From positions 52,567-116,566 of IMG/VR virus record IMGVR_UViG_3300027734_000048: a stretch of 64,000 nucleotides of DNA; one strand, 5' to 3'. How positions within the stretch are numbered: position 1 is the stretch's first letter; each line of letters starts with the position of its first letter. Shown here in pieces: positions 1-10,210 of the stretch. The stretch is from a virus. A program made the position numbers and the translations under genes. The notes under the pieces are model-generated. The model worked only from the letters and a program-made list of their open reading frames with translations, did not search any database and was not told where the DNA came from.

Positions 1-2551
1 GTCCACCATCAGCACCTGGAGCCTTTCCTATTTCATTTAATCCTTCTTGTGTAAGTTTTCCAGTTTTTGCTTTAACTTCTGCAAGTAATTCTTCAAAGTT
101 TTTAAGGACTGCAGCACGAATTTCTTCCATTGTTTTTTCTGTGCCCATACCAGTAAGTTCTGCATAACGCTTAAGGTTTGCTTCATTTAATTTTGCAATT
201 CTGTCATATTCTTTTTGTAAAAATCCTGGTAAATCTTTAGAAGATGATACTGATTCTGCTTGTGATGTCGGCCCATTATCAAGACCAGACCTTCCCATAA
301 TTAGGTTATGGACTCCACGATAACTTGCACCACTTCTTGAATTATCTGCAGTGCCAGCCATGTACTTTCTAACACTTCCATTTTGCAATGCTGCAACAGT
401 CTCTGGGTTATCTTTAACTGTTTGCTTTGTTAAAACAACTTCACCAGGAGTTAGTACTGCTGGAACTGTATCCTTATTTCCAGTACCTGGTACTACTCCA
501 CCTGATGACATTCTAATTCCAGATACCGCTCCCTTAGCACCTGGGGCTGCATTAAATAGTCCTGGACTTGAGGCAGCAAGTGCTCTAGCCTGTGATCCTG
601 CATTTGCATATGCTGCTGCTAGTGCATTAACAGATCCTGCCTCAACATTAAATGTATCAATAAGTGTTTTGTGAGACATATGCAAAGCATTTGTTTCTGT
701 AAGATTTTCAATTTCCTGTTGTGTTAAATAATCAAATCCTCCACCAAGAACTGCATTTTGTCCATTAAGTTTTGCCATGCCACCACGAAGCATTGCAAAG
801 AATTTAATTAAGTTTGCAAGACCGTTTGCAAGCAAACCAAATGTCATCAGTGCAACTGGTGCTAAACCACCAACAACTCCAATAACAACCGCAATGGCTT
901 TTTTAGTGCCATCACTAAAGTTATTAAATCTTTCTAAAATTTTTCCAAAGAAATTAACAATTGGAGTTAATGCTTCTAGGAATGCCTTACCAACTGGAAC
1001 TAACTCTTGCTTTAATTGTTCAATTGATTTTTGAAATTTGACTCCAACTGCATTTTCTACTTTGCCTAATTCTCGCTCAGATAGAATTGCTAGTTCTTCA
1101 ACTGATGCCCCTGCTAATCCAAGTGCTCTTGCTGCTTGTGAAGAATCTTTTGTAACATTTTGAAAGAGTGTTGACAAACGAGCAAACTGGAACTTACCAA
1201 ATAGTTGCTCAATTGCTCTTGCACGGTTAAGTGGATCTAATGTATCAAGTGCTCTAGCAAATCCTACAACAGTTCCTTTTAGATCTCCCTTGTTTGCTTC
1301 AACAAGTCCTTTAATATTTATTCCAAGTCCCGCAAGAAATTCACTAGCCTTTTTTGAAGGATTGATCATAGAAGCAAGACCAGACTTGAGAGCATTAGCA
1401 CCTTCTGATGCATTAATTCCGCCCTCTTTCATTGCAGTCATAAAGAATGCAAGATCTTCTACACTTCCACCAAGTTGTTTAATAACTGGTCCAGCCTTTG
1501 GAACTGCAATAGTTAAGTCTTCAATAGAAAGTACTGTTTGGTTTTCTACTGCGTTAAGAAAGTTAATTTTTTGTGCAAGATCTGTTGCAGCAATACCAAA
1601 AGCATTTTGCAAAGAAATTGTTGTCTCAAGTGCTTGCTGTTGTTCAACTTGACCAAGTACAGAAAGTTTTGTTGCTGCAATCACCTGCTGATTTAGATCA
1701 TTTCCTGTAAGACCCATTGCTGCTGCTTTGGCTGCCATTTCAACTGTGTCTTTTACTGCTATTCCGTATTTTGTAAATTCTTTGCCAAGTCTTTGAATAT
1801 CTTGAACAGCCTTATTGGTTGCATCAGATGTTGTCGTCATATCACCATAGACTCTTGTAAACTTAACAACCGCCTCTTCCATATCACGGAATGTCTTCAT
1901 TGCAACAGAACCAAGCATTGTAAGTGGAATTGTCAAACCAACCATTAACTGGCGACCTGCCCACTGTGTATTTTTACCAAAATTTAAAAGTTGGGTAGAG
2001 CCTTGTTTAATTAACTGATTAAGAAGTTGTTGTCTTTGTGCAGCCATCTGGACTCTAGTTGCATAGTCTGCATATCGTCCATTGGTCATTTCAAGATGTT
2101 TTGGAACTACCTTCAAAACTTTTACAAGTTCACCGTTAGCACTTGTTAGTTGTATATATTGAGACTGAAGTGCCTTTACTCTATCTCTACGAGCACGGTT
2201 AATTATGTCTCTTTCAGCAGTAAAAGCACGACCCAAAACCTTTGTATTTGCAGTTGCTGCTGCAGCGGTGTACCTAAAGTACTCACGCATGCTGAGTTGA
2301 TTTTTTTCAAGTGCTGTTGTGAATGCACTTGTGCTTGTTGCTACTGTTTTTTGTGATGCAACAAATTTACCAGTAGAGTTGATTGCCTGAACTAATTGAT
2401 CATTAAGACCTTTTTGAGCATTTGCTGCTGCAACATTGCCCTGAGTTAGTGACTGATTGAATCGACTCAGACCAGCCTGTAATTGACGTAAACTAGCAAG
2501 TGCCTCTGTAGTATCAAAGACAATGCCAATATTAGCGTTTACATCAGACAA
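1..2551 (-). CDS. tape measure protein, N-terminal part (runs off the window start)
   Basis: Read by hand from TTG at 2551: (M)SDVNANIGIVFDTTEALASLRQLQAGLSRFNQ...; long Ala/Leu-rich helical ORF directly downstream of the tail chaperones; absent from the ORF track because it is truncated. Confidence 0.85.
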   Translation of the reverse strand, partial: MSDVNANIGIVFDTTEALASLRQLQAGLSRFNQSLTQGNVAAANAQKGLNDQLVQAINSTGKFVASQKTVATSTSAFTTALEKNQLSMREYFRYTAAAATANTKVLGRAFTAERDIINRARRDRVKALQSQYIQLTSANGELVKVLKVVPKHLEMTNGRYADYATRVQMAAQRQQLLNQLIKQGSTQLLNFGKNTQWAGRQLMVGLTIPLTMLGSVAMKTFRDMEEAVVKFTRVYGDMTTTSDATNKAVQDIQRLGKEFTKYGIAVKDTVEMAAKAAAMGLTGNDLNQQVIAATKLSVLGQVEQQQALETTISLQNAFGIAATDLAQKINFLNAVENQTVLSIEDLTIAVPKAGPVIKQLGGSVEDLAFFMTAMKEGGINASEGANALKSGLASMINPSKKASEFLAGLGINIKGLVEANKGDLKGTVVGFARALDTLDPLNRARAIEQLFGKFQFARLSTLFQNVTKDSSQAARALGLAGASVEELAILSERELGKVENAVGVKFQKSIEQLKQELVPVGKAFLEALTPIVNFFGKILERFNNFSDGTKKAIAVVIGVVGGLAPVALMTFGLLANGLANLIKFFAMLRGGMAKLNGQNAVLGGGFDYLTQQEIENLTETNALHMSHKTLIDTFNVEAGSVNALAAAYANAGSQARALAASSPGLFNAAPGAKGAVSGIRMSSGGVVPGTGNKDTVPAVLTPGEVVLTKQTVKDNPETVAALQNGSVRKYMAGTADNSRSGASYRGVHNLIMGRSGLDNGPTSQAESVSSSKDLPGFLQKEYDRIAKLNEANLKRYAELTGMGTEKTMEEIRAAVLKNFEELLAEVKAKTGKLTQEGLNEIGKAPGADGG

Positions 2552-2568
2552 TCATTACACCCTCTTTT

Positions 2569-2898
2569 TTATTTTGACATTTGACCAACGAGTGCTGTTG
2601 TATCTGAAAGTGAGAATCCAGATGCTGCATCGATGATCTTGTAGACCGTTGGAAGGTCTAGGCTTTCTTCAAGTTTTTCTCTATCTTCTGCAAGATCTGG
2701 ATAGAATTGCTTAAATGCAATTTGAACGCAGTCGAGCAGTAGATCCATTGACTTGTCATTATCATCCGCTACTTCTGTTAGACCAGTAAACTTCTTCATG
2801 AATGGTCGCAATAGTGAAATCTTTAGCGGTTTTACTTCAAACTCTGTACCGTCAACAAGTCTTAACTTTTGAACAGTATTTTCTACATTGTCAGTCAT
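2569..2898 (-). CDS. tail assembly chaperone, short (G-like) form
   Basis: 109 aa, lies between major tail and tape measure genes; GGAGG RBS; paralogous to the N-terminal half of 2949-3629. Confidence 0.75.
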   Translation of the reverse strand: MTDNVENTVQKLRLVDGTEFEVKPLKISLLRPFMKKFTGLTEVADDNDKSMDLLLDCVQIAFKQFYPDLAEDREKLEESLDLPTVYKIIDAASGFSLSDTTALVGQMSK

Positions 2899-2948
2899 TT
2901 TTCCTCCGTTAGGTTGATAGTTAATTATACCATAGCAGGTATTATTTT

Positions 2949-3629
2949 TTAATCAATTCTTTCATATGTCAGGCCCATTCCAATGCCAAATCCTGCATTT
3001 GCTGCATTTTGTCCTTGAAGGGCAACTATATCATTTGCATTGGCTGCTTTGCCTTTGCTAAACACTCTAGCCTTCATTTCTTCCCATTCGTTTGATTTAT
3101 TGTTTTTATCTAAATCAACTCCCTGCATGGCTGCTAGAAATTTTTTATGCGTGTAGTCTTCTTCTCTTTTAACATTCAAGACTGCAGTAAGTTCTGGCAT
3201 AGAGAGAGATTTTTCCAACTCGTTATAATCTTTCCATATGCCAAGAAGAAACACCTCTGATTCTAGTTGTGCTAAATCCAAATCATCCCAAGAAGATCCA
3301 CTCTCTACTGCTTGTTTCTTTACTGGTTCTTCTGAGTCTTTGTCTATTTTTATACCAGCCGAAAAATCAAGTAGTTTATAGATTGTCTTTAAATCTACAA
3401 ACTCCTCAAAACGATCAATGCTTGTTGCTATATCTGGCTTAAACTGTTTCATGCATTCCATAGCACAAATAGATAATGCCGTGATAGTTTCATAATCATT
3501 TTTGGCCTTTTTAACATCTTCAAATTTTTCCATAAAACGTCTTAGATATTTTATTTTTAATGGTGATATTTCTAACTCTTCACCATCTATTAAATATATA
3601 TAGTTTATTTTATAAATTTCAGTAGCCAT
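2949..3629 (-). CDS. tail assembly chaperone, long (GT-like) form
   Basis: 226 aa; N-half aligns with the 109-aa neighbour (DGxExE(I/V)xPLKIxxLRxFMxKF...DLxT(I/V)YK), plus a C-terminal extension; position between major tail and TMP. Confidence 0.7.
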   Translation of the reverse strand: MATEIYKINYIYLIDGEELEISPLKIKYLRRFMEKFEDVKKAKNDYETITALSICAMECMKQFKPDIATSIDRFEEFVDLKTIYKLLDFSAGIKIDKDSEEPVKKQAVESGSSWDDLDLAQLESEVFLLGIWKDYNELEKSLSMPELTAVLNVKREEDYTHKKFLAAMQGVDLDKNNKSNEWEEMKARVFSKGKAANANDIVALQGQNAANAGFGIGMGLTYERID

Positions 3630-3643
3630 CTATATAGTATACC

Positions 3644-3684
3644 AAAAACAAAATTGCCCCGCTCAAATTAATGAGAAGGGCAAT
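3644..3684 (-). terminator. probable intrinsic terminator after the major tail gene
   Basis: ATTGCCC...GGGCAAT stem followed on the minus strand by TTTTGTTTT. Confidence 0.55.
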
Positions 3685-3701
3685 AATGTTATTAAGTTGT
3701 A

Positions 3702-4355
3702 TTAGACTGCTGCTGGAATTGTACGATCTACGATCTTACCGTATGATGCATCATCATTTGGAAGAAGGCGGAAAGATACTTCAAACATTGTCGCTTCGTC
3801 ACGCTTTGCTGATACTGTTACATTTTCGATTGAAAGTGCACGGTATGCAACATAAATACGTTCGATTGAAGATCCTGCTGCACAGTCACCTGTACCTGGA
3901 CCAACTGCTACCAAACCACGCTCAACTGGGCATTCGCCTAGTTCGCCTGCAGAAAGGTTAAGTTCCATAGAACCTGTTGCAAGTCCTGTACCTGTTAGGT
4001 CAGACTTGTCTGTATCTTTTGCTGCTAATGCAACAAGAAGATTTTCGAGAGTTGCCTCTGCGAATGTTGTGTTCAAGTTTACTTGCATGCCTTGCTTGTA
4101 TAGTTTAGCAACGTCAAGCACCTGATCCACTGCAACCTCACCAAAATCTGGCTGGAACTGTAGTTCCAAACCATTCATTGTGTAACCAACATTGCGGAAG
4201 TCATCTTCATTTGCTGTCAAAGACAGTGTATCTTTAAATGATACTCCATTTGCGTATGCTGGAAGGTCTGAGTCTTGAAGTTGTCCACCTTCATATGTGA
4301 AAAGTGCTGCTGCACCCACGATGATTTGTGAACTGTTACCTCTTGTATATGCCAT
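3702..4355 (-). CDS. major tail (tube) protein
   Basis: Likely start MAYTRGNSSQIIVGAA after GAGGTG; VGYT.NGLEL.FQPDFGEV.VDQ motif typical of actinophage tail tube proteins; synteny. Confidence 0.8.
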   Translation of the reverse strand: MAYTRGNSSQIIVGAAALFTYEGGQLQDSDLPAYANGVSFKDTLSLTANEDDFRNVGYTMNGLELQFQPDFGEVAVDQVLDVAKLYKQGMQVNLNTTFAEATLENLLVALAAKDTDKSDLTGTGLATGSMELNLSAGELGECPVERGLVAVGPGTGDCAAGSSIERIYVAYRALSIENVTVSAKRDEATMFEVSFRLLPNDDASYGKIVDRTIPAAV

Positions 4356-4426
4356 AGTTTTCACCTCTTTTTTTCTTATAGAATAAAGGGCTTGTTTCCT
4401 CAAGTATAATTATACAGCCCTTTTTA

Positions 4427-4978
4427 TTAATTTATAGATTCAATTATGTCTGGCATTTGATGATAGTCATAGTCAATGATCATTTTATTACCGCCGTAGG
4501 TTCTGGCTGTTCCAAAGTCAATAATATCCCTGACCTCTTCTAGTTGGTATATCTTAAAATTGTGGAAATAAAATTGGCAGGTCATGCCATCAATAACTCT
4601 TCCTTTGGCCCAATCATTTATTTCTTGAGCAGTTTCATCTCCACGATCCATATACCTAAGAACTGCTTCTTGAACCCTTATCATATTTTCAATTACAGTA
4701 TTTTGAGTTGCATAAAAATAATACAATAGTTGCTCACATTTAATGTGTGGGAAAGGAGATCTTCTCATTCTAATTAGTCTGTCATATACAGCAAGAACAC
4801 CAGTATATGAGACTCTTTCCTCATTAATAACAATCCACTGTTCTGTAAGATCATCTAGGGTAGTTGGTGTTGTTGGAAAAAATGGAACTGGAACTCTTGA
4901 TATCTCAAAAATTTTTTCTTGAAGATATGAGTTTATCCATAGCCCTGGTGTGTTTAATGTTGATTTTGGTTCTTCCAT
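4427..4978 (-). CDS. putative tail terminator / tail completion protein
   Basis: 183 aa immediately upstream of the major tail gene; synteny only. Confidence 0.5.
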   Translation of the reverse strand: MEEPKSTLNTPGLWINSYLQEKIFEISRVPVPFFPTTPTTLDDLTEQWIVINEERVSYTGVLAVYDRLIRMRRSPFPHIKCEQLLYYFYATQNTVIENMIRVQEAVLRYMDRGDETAQEINDWAKGRVIDGMTCQFYFHNFKIYQLEEVRDIIDFGTARTYGGNKMIIDYDYHQMPDIIESIN

Positions 4979-5652
4979 TATGCCACCACCTTAGCATTTG
5001 CTACCCAACGATATCCTACTGCTTTACCAACACTCTTACCACCAGTTTTACCTCTACGCAAGTTTGCTTTATATACCGTTGGATTATTAAAGTATTGCGA
5101 TAGACCACTAGATCTTAAAAATGCTTGAGTAAAATATACATTAAAAAATGTATCGAATGTATTTGCAAACTGTCCCTGTACATTTCCTCCAGGATTTTGT
5201 ACAGTTACTGGCTTTTTTGTATATACTGCTTCTCCACCAACTTCAAATCTTAAAACATCAGAATTTTTTGGTGCTATTGTTACTGCTATTCCATTTTCCA
5301 TAATTCTTGCCTTATCCTGAAATGGAACATTTGATCCTGTCTGAATACTTGTAGACTGCTTAAAGTCAGAAGTGAATGATACGCCACGATTATTTATTGA
5401 GTATTTAATATCAAATAGTCTTGCATTTTGATTGCCTGCGTTATACCACTCATAAACATGATGAAGTGACTGTTCATCTACCCGTGCATTTGAGTCAATA
5501 AATAAACCTGCCTGCTCTGAAACAGCAGAACCAAGATTATTTAAAAACTCTGTTTTTGCAGCAACGGATCCTTCAACAAATCCGTATGAATAGTTGACTA
5601 TGTTATTTATCTCTTTATTAAACTTTCTTGCATCAAACTTAAGGGTTATCAT
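4978..5652 (-). CDS. putative neck / tail completion protein
   Basis: 224 aa in the head-tail connector block, overlapping stop/start codons. Confidence 0.45.
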   Translation of the reverse strand: MITLKFDARKFNKEINNIVNYSYGFVEGSVAAKTEFLNNLGSAVSEQAGLFIDSNARVDEQSLHHVYEWYNAGNQNARLFDIKYSINNRGVSFTSDFKQSTSIQTGSNVPFQDKARIMENGIAVTIAPKNSDVLRFEVGGEAVYTKKPVTVQNPGGNVQGQFANTFDTFFNVYFTQAFLRSSGLSQYFNNPTVYKANLRRGKTGGKSVGKAVGYRWVANAKVVA

Positions 5653-6095
5653 ATATCTACCGCCTGGTTTTCTGATCTGCGTAAAACTAACTTGTAGTAG
5701 TCTACTTTTCCAAATGGACCAAGGAATGGCTCCTGTGATGCAACTTCAAATATTGTAGACTTTCCCGCTCTAGGGCCAGCGGTTTCTACATAAACATTAT
5801 TGCAATTTCTATCTTGAATGTTTGTTAAAATTATGTTTGTTATAGATGTGCCAGAGTCAAGACTAGACACTCTTATATCTGATTTAACTCTGCCAATAAG
5901 TAAAGTATCTTGTGTGATATTTACATTTGGGACAATTTCTTCTTTTGTTTTTAAACCAGAAGTTGTAAAATGACAAGCAATAACTTTATCTAAAATCCAC
6001 TGCTTCTTAACATTTCCATAAGTACCCTGCTCAACAATTGGATAAAAAACATCCACCTGCATAGGGAACATAAAATCTTTTCCCTCGCACTGCAT
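5649..6095 (-). CDS. putative head-tail stopper
   Basis: 148 aa, beta-rich, follows the adaptor; synteny. Confidence 0.5.
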   Translation of the reverse strand: MQCEGKDFMFPMQVDVFYPIVEQGTYGNVKKQWILDKVIACHFTTSGLKTKEEIVPNVNITQDTLLIGRVKSDIRVSSLDSGTSITNIILTNIQDRNCNNVYVETAGPRAGKSTIFEVASQEPFLGPFGKVDYYKLVLRRSENQAVDI

Positions 6096-7006
6096 TAGAT
6101 CAATCCTGGCTTAGGTATTGTGACTGTATATTTATCTAAAATCTTATCAACAATCATATTGCCAGTTCCCTCAAATATTTTTTTATCGAACTGAATCTTG
6201 AACTGATCTGAATTATACGATGTTACGTAGCGTGTGTAATAATCTAACTTGCCACACTTTAGGTCTTCGATTAAAAGTTTAGTTGCATATTCAACATCAG
6301 GTGGTAGTGCTCTATAGCCAATATCAAGGACAAATGTATAGTCCCATCCCTTTGGAAAGGCTACTGCTGATGTTCCAAAAACATTTGCTAAATCTCCAAA
6401 CGCTCTTGGATATTGCTGTGCTCCAGTTTCAATTCTATTATATTGTTCTGCGATAACTCTTTGAATTGCTGAGTTGTCAAATGTGACCATAAAATCATAC
6501 ATATTTGTTTCTGGTGTTTCAACATCATAAACTAAAACATTGTTTTCATAAACCTTTAGAACCTTATTTAGGTCTTCCCAAATTGAAAAATAATCTGATC
6601 CATCTGCAACTTTTTGCACTATATGCTTGCTATTGTAAAAACCATCTACGATAACTGTATCAATAATAGATCTGGCAACCATTTCAAATGTTTTGTATTC
6701 TTCAATTTCTGAGGCAGTCGTTCCTAGTTTGTTTGGATCTGTATACGGTCTAACAATATCTAGGTTTTCTTCATATAGTGTATGGATATGCTCTGTGTCA
6801 TAAAACTTAATAAAAAATTTACGGTCATATTGGACCTGTGCCAAAGGTATTTCATAAATCAATTTTCCATTGGCATCTGAAAAAATATTAGTTTCAGTTA
6901 CTGAGTGATCCACCAAATCCTCAACATAGACAACATACTCATAATTGGGTATAGGCAAAGTCCATGTTGTTGTTAAAGGATATGGTGGAACTCTCAATAC
7001 TTCCAT
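6095..7006 (-). CDS. head-tail adaptor
   Basis: 303 aa; C-terminal GY..LPPDVEYAT.LLI...GTGN.IVDKIL.KY resembles actinophage adaptors; synteny. Confidence 0.6.
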   Translation of the reverse strand: MEVLRVPPYPLTTTWTLPIPNYEYVVYVEDLVDHSVTETNIFSDANGKLIYEIPLAQVQYDRKFFIKFYDTEHIHTLYEENLDIVRPYTDPNKLGTTASEIEEYKTFEMVARSIIDTVIVDGFYNSKHIVQKVADGSDYFSIWEDLNKVLKVYENNVLVYDVETPETNMYDFMVTFDNSAIQRVIAEQYNRIETGAQQYPRAFGDLANVFGTSAVAFPKGWDYTFVLDIGYRALPPDVEYATKLLIEDLKCGKLDYYTRYVTSYNSDQFKIQFDKKIFEGTGNMIVDKILDKYTVTIPKPGLI

Positions 7007-7009
7007 TAA

Positions 7010-7471
7010 TTATGCACCAAATTCCGATTTAACTTCTTCTGGTGTAACTAGTGTTACGTGATCACGAGTAAGCCATTGTTCTGCTTCTTTTTGAGAAACG
7101 ATATTGATTCCCTTTGAAACCTTACCAACGCCAACCCAAGAAACATTCTTAGTTGACTTAACAGCAACTGTCTTTTCATCCTTTGCAGGCTTTGCTACTG
7201 CTGCCTTGCGTGGTTCACGCTTTGCAGTAGTTGCACCAATTGCTCCATTGGCTACTGTTCCAACAGCCTGAACTGTATCTGATCCAGCATATGATGGTGC
7301 TGCGATTGCTGTTGGTTCTTCTGCTTTTTCTTCTTCCTGAGCAGGGGCTGCAGGTGCTTCTTCAACAACTGGTGTTTCTACAACTGGTGCCTCTTCGACA
7401 ACTGCTGTTTCTACAACTTCTGGTGTTTCTACAACTGCTTCTTCTGCAGGATTATTATTAAAATCTTCCAT
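7010..7471 (-). CDS. hypothetical virion-associated protein with acidic low-complexity N-terminus
   Basis: 153 aa, (VVE(T/E)xP)n N-terminus, GGAGG RBS, own extended -10. Confidence 0.55.
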   Translation of the reverse strand: MEDFNNNPAEEAVVETPEVVETAVVEEAPVVETPVVEEAPAAPAQEEEKAEEPTAIAAPSYAGSDTVQAVGTVANGAIGATTAKREPRKAAVAKPAKDEKTVAVKSTKNVSWVGVGKVSKGINIVSQKEAEQWLTRDHVTLVTPEEVKSEFGA

Positions 7472-7510
7472 TATTTCCTCCTGAATAGTATTATATCATT
7501 ATAAATGATA

Positions 7511-7543
7511 AGGGGAGCAGGAGCGTTAACTCCTACTCCCCCT
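7511..7543 (-). terminator. hairpin terminator after the capsid gene
   Basis: AGGGGAGCAGGAG...CTCCTACTCCCCCT inverted repeat about 20 nt past the MCP stop. Confidence 0.6.
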
Positions 7544-7562
7544 AAAGTTTTACTGTTACAGA

Positions 7563-8711
7563 TTATGCATCTGCTGCAGCGTCAGCCCATGCGATTGCAT
7601 CTTGTTCTTCCCACTGAATACCGAAGCGAACGAAGACTGTATATTCTACAGTGTCCTTCTTTGGCTTGTATTCACGGTTAACTGTGATGTCACGCTGGAA
7701 TCCCCATACACGGTTCTGTGGGAATGTCAAGTCGACATATCCTGCAGGGTAGTAAGGAACTTCTTGTACGTCAATTCCGAGAACACGAGTTGTACGTGCT
7801 CCACCGAATGTCTGTGCTGTACCATCAAGGTATGCTTGACGGTTTGCAGGTGTACCTGCTGGTGTACCAGCAAATGCTTCTGCGATTGCGTCTGCAAGAG
7901 TACCATTATTCTTAATGATTCCCTGGAACGCATCTGTACCAGCATAGAACTTCAAGTTAGACTTGATTGCACGGTACTTACGTGGCATTGCAAGAATGAT
8001 CTTCTGCATTGCATCTGTTGTCCAGTTATTATTTGTAACTGTAACAACTGCTTCGTGAGCATCTCCATCAGTCTTAACATGAGGTACGAAACCTTCCATG
8101 ATTGAAAGAAATGCGTCTGATCCTGTTCCTGTTCCGTTGATTGCAAGGTCTTCGATATCATTACCGAAAGCATTTGTCATCAAACGTACAATGTGATCTT
8201 CTAGTTGTGCACCTTCGATATTATCTTCTAGTGCTTCTGCAGAAACTTCCCAGTCAAGACGAATCTTCTTTGTAGTCAATTCAACCTTTGAGAATGTTGC
8301 TCCTGCGTTTGTGTAGTCGCCAACTGCTTGCGCTGCTGCACGAATTACACGCTCTCCGACGTTTACCTTTTCGAGTTCCATTGTATTGGCTCTCATAGTA
8401 ACACGACGGCCATCTTGGGCGAGAGTGGTTGCATCCCACACGTAGTCAATAAAACGACGTGCTTGCTCTGGGCGTAGGATACCTGATCCAGCCTCACCTG
8501 AAGGGTTTACTGCGTTTGGTCCTGTTGTTAGACCGTTATTTGATGTAGGGATGTTTCCAAGTACTCCACCGTCTGTGTAGTTACCTGGTACGTTTACTCC
8601 TGCATCTGAACCTGATGCGAATGCTCCCTGACCCTGATAGAGTCCTGGTGCTGTTCCACCTAGATTACCTGAAGTTCCAGGTTGGTTCTTGATTATTTCT
8701 TGTTCCGACAT
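7563..8711 (-). CDS. major capsid protein (HK97-like fold)
   Basis: 382 aa; GIL.PEQARRFIDYVWD...VELTTKKIRLDWEVS.E.LEDNIEG motif; follows protease/scaffold; strongly biased codon usage. Confidence 0.9.
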   Translation of the reverse strand: MSEQEIIKNQPGTSGNLGGTAPGLYQGQGAFASGSDAGVNVPGNYTDGGVLGNIPTSNNGLTTGPNAVNPSGEAGSGILRPEQARRFIDYVWDATTLAQDGRRVTMRANTMELEKVNVGERVIRAAAQAVGDYTNAGATFSKVELTTKKIRLDWEVSAEALEDNIEGAQLEDHIVRLMTNAFGNDIEDLAINGTGTGSDAFLSIMEGFVPHVKTDGDAHEAVVTVTNNNWTTDAMQKIILAMPRKYRAIKSNLKFYAGTDAFQGIIKNNGTLADAIAEAFAGTPAGTPANRQAYLDGTAQTFGGARTTRVLGIDVQEVPYYPAGYVDLTFPQNRVWGFQRDITVNREYKPKKDTVEYTVFVRFGIQWEEQDAIAWADAAADA

Positions 8712-8747
8712 ATTGTCACCTCCTGTGATTTTTACTTATTTTATTTT

Positions 8748-10172
8748 TTAATTGAATAAGTCGGCTGTTTTGAGGAAACTACCGCCCCATAGGGATTTTT
8801 CAACCATTTCAGGTTGATCCTGTACAATCTCGCCGAGATCGCCAGACTTTCGGAAAGCGGTGTCTGCTTCTACAGCATCTACACGCTTACCAAATTCATT
8901 GAATTCTTTTGAAACTGATGCAATATCTTTTGCAACTGCTTCAAATGAACTTTTTGCTGTATCAACATCGACCTTTGAAACCTTAAGTGCTTCCACTTCG
9001 GCTTGCAATGATTTAACTGTTGATACTAGATCGCTAAAGGCTGATGTTAGAGTGTTCTTGATTTCTGCAATTGACTCTGCAATTACTTCATCTGACTTTG
9101 GAGCCATTGGCTTCTTGTCTTCTTCTGCCTCAACATCTGTTGACTCAGTTCCTTCATGAGCAGCAGATTCTTCAGCATCAGTCGGCTTTGCAGCCTTTTC
9201 TGTTGAATCTTCTGTATTTGTATCAGACTTTGAATCGCACATGCATGCATCCATAGCCTTTCCACAATCTGGACATGTTGAAGCCTTTGTAACTTCATGT
9301 GTATTAGCATCTGCCTCTGGAGCAACCTCTGTTGATTTAACTACTTCTGTTGCTGTTGCCTCTGTTGCTTCTGCAACTGTGGTTTCAACAACTGTTGTTG
9401 TTTCTTCTGTCATAGGATTTACCTCCTTGGTAATCTTAGAAGTATTAATGCCTTTAGCACTATCAACTAAGAACTTTATCATGTTTGTTTTTTCGTTATC
9501 CGTTTTTTCGACGAATCCTATATTTTTCATTTCATTACCAGTTACTGGGCTTGTAACTGATTCTTCTTCAGACAACAAAACAATGCCTGATTCGTTGTCG
9601 TAGAAAACATTTTCAAGGACTGTGTTTGATCCATCGCCCTTAATAACATCAATGCCATCAACCTTTTCTACTGACATAATATTTGCAAATTGATTAGCAG
9701 GGGAATCTACAAGACTCAACTCTACTAAATCATATTCTTTAATAATTCTAATTTGTGTGTCTGACTTCTCATCATAAGCGTCATCCCACTTATTCATTCT
9801 TCCGCCAATTGAAAAACCAGTATATGTTCCATCCAAAACTTTTTCCCATGCATCTTGTGCACCCTTAGAAATGTATGCAGAAACAAAAACACCAGAATAA
9901 AATTTCTTAGATTCTGGATCAAAGTACTTATCTTCTTTAAATGATACCATCTTTCCTACTGCTGATGGTGTATGCATTTCTCTAATGTTCCCACGGAATT
10001 TTGCAAATGCATCCATCGATGCTTCTGATGTTACAATATCATTTTGTTTGTCTAAATTGTCAAGGGACGCAAAACCTGAGACTATGCGTCTTTCCTTATC
10101 GACTTTAGCAAATGGAAGGGAGAGGCGAACACTTTCGCCCTCAGTATCCCAATGGGCTTTAGATATGATCAT
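8748..10172 (-). CDS. prohead maturation protease fused to scaffold
   Basis: RIVSGFAS.D..D.Q.D, REMH, GFSIGG, ELSLVDSPAN motifs of HK97-type protease; acidic/coiled C-terminal half. Confidence 0.85.
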   Translation of the reverse strand: MIISKAHWDTEGESVRLSLPFAKVDKERRIVSGFASLDNLDKQNDIVTSEASMDAFAKFRGNIREMHTPSAVGKMVSFKEDKYFDPESKKFYSGVFVSAYISKGAQDAWEKVLDGTYTGFSIGGRMNKWDDAYDEKSDTQIRIIKEYDLVELSLVDSPANQFANIMSVEKVDGIDVIKGDGSNTVLENVFYDNESGIVLLSEEESVTSPVTGNEMKNIGFVEKTDNEKTNMIKFLVDSAKGINTSKITKEVNPMTEETTTVVETTVAEATEATATEVVKSTEVAPEADANTHEVTKASTCPDCGKAMDACMCDSKSDTNTEDSTEKAAKPTDAEESAAHEGTESTDVEAEEDKKPMAPKSDEVIAESIAEIKNTLTSAFSDLVSTVKSLQAEVEALKVSKVDVDTAKSSFEAVAKDIASVSKEFNEFGKRVDAVEADTAFRKSGDLGEIVQDQPEMVEKSLWGGSFLKTADLFN

Positions 10173-10210
10173 GGTTATTATATTATATACCCTTTTTTAC
10201 AGAAGTATCA

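Noticed and set aside
351-2356. + strand ORFs 351-674, 777-1034, 1290-1652, 2150-2356 and similar antisense ORFs across 1-38 kb
   Set aside because: Shadows of minus-strand genes, with no RBS or promoter and biased composition
2898-3629. Programmed frameshift joining the two chaperone ORFs
   Set aside because: The long form is upstream and complete in one frame; the ORFs are separated by 50 nt containing a promoter and RBS
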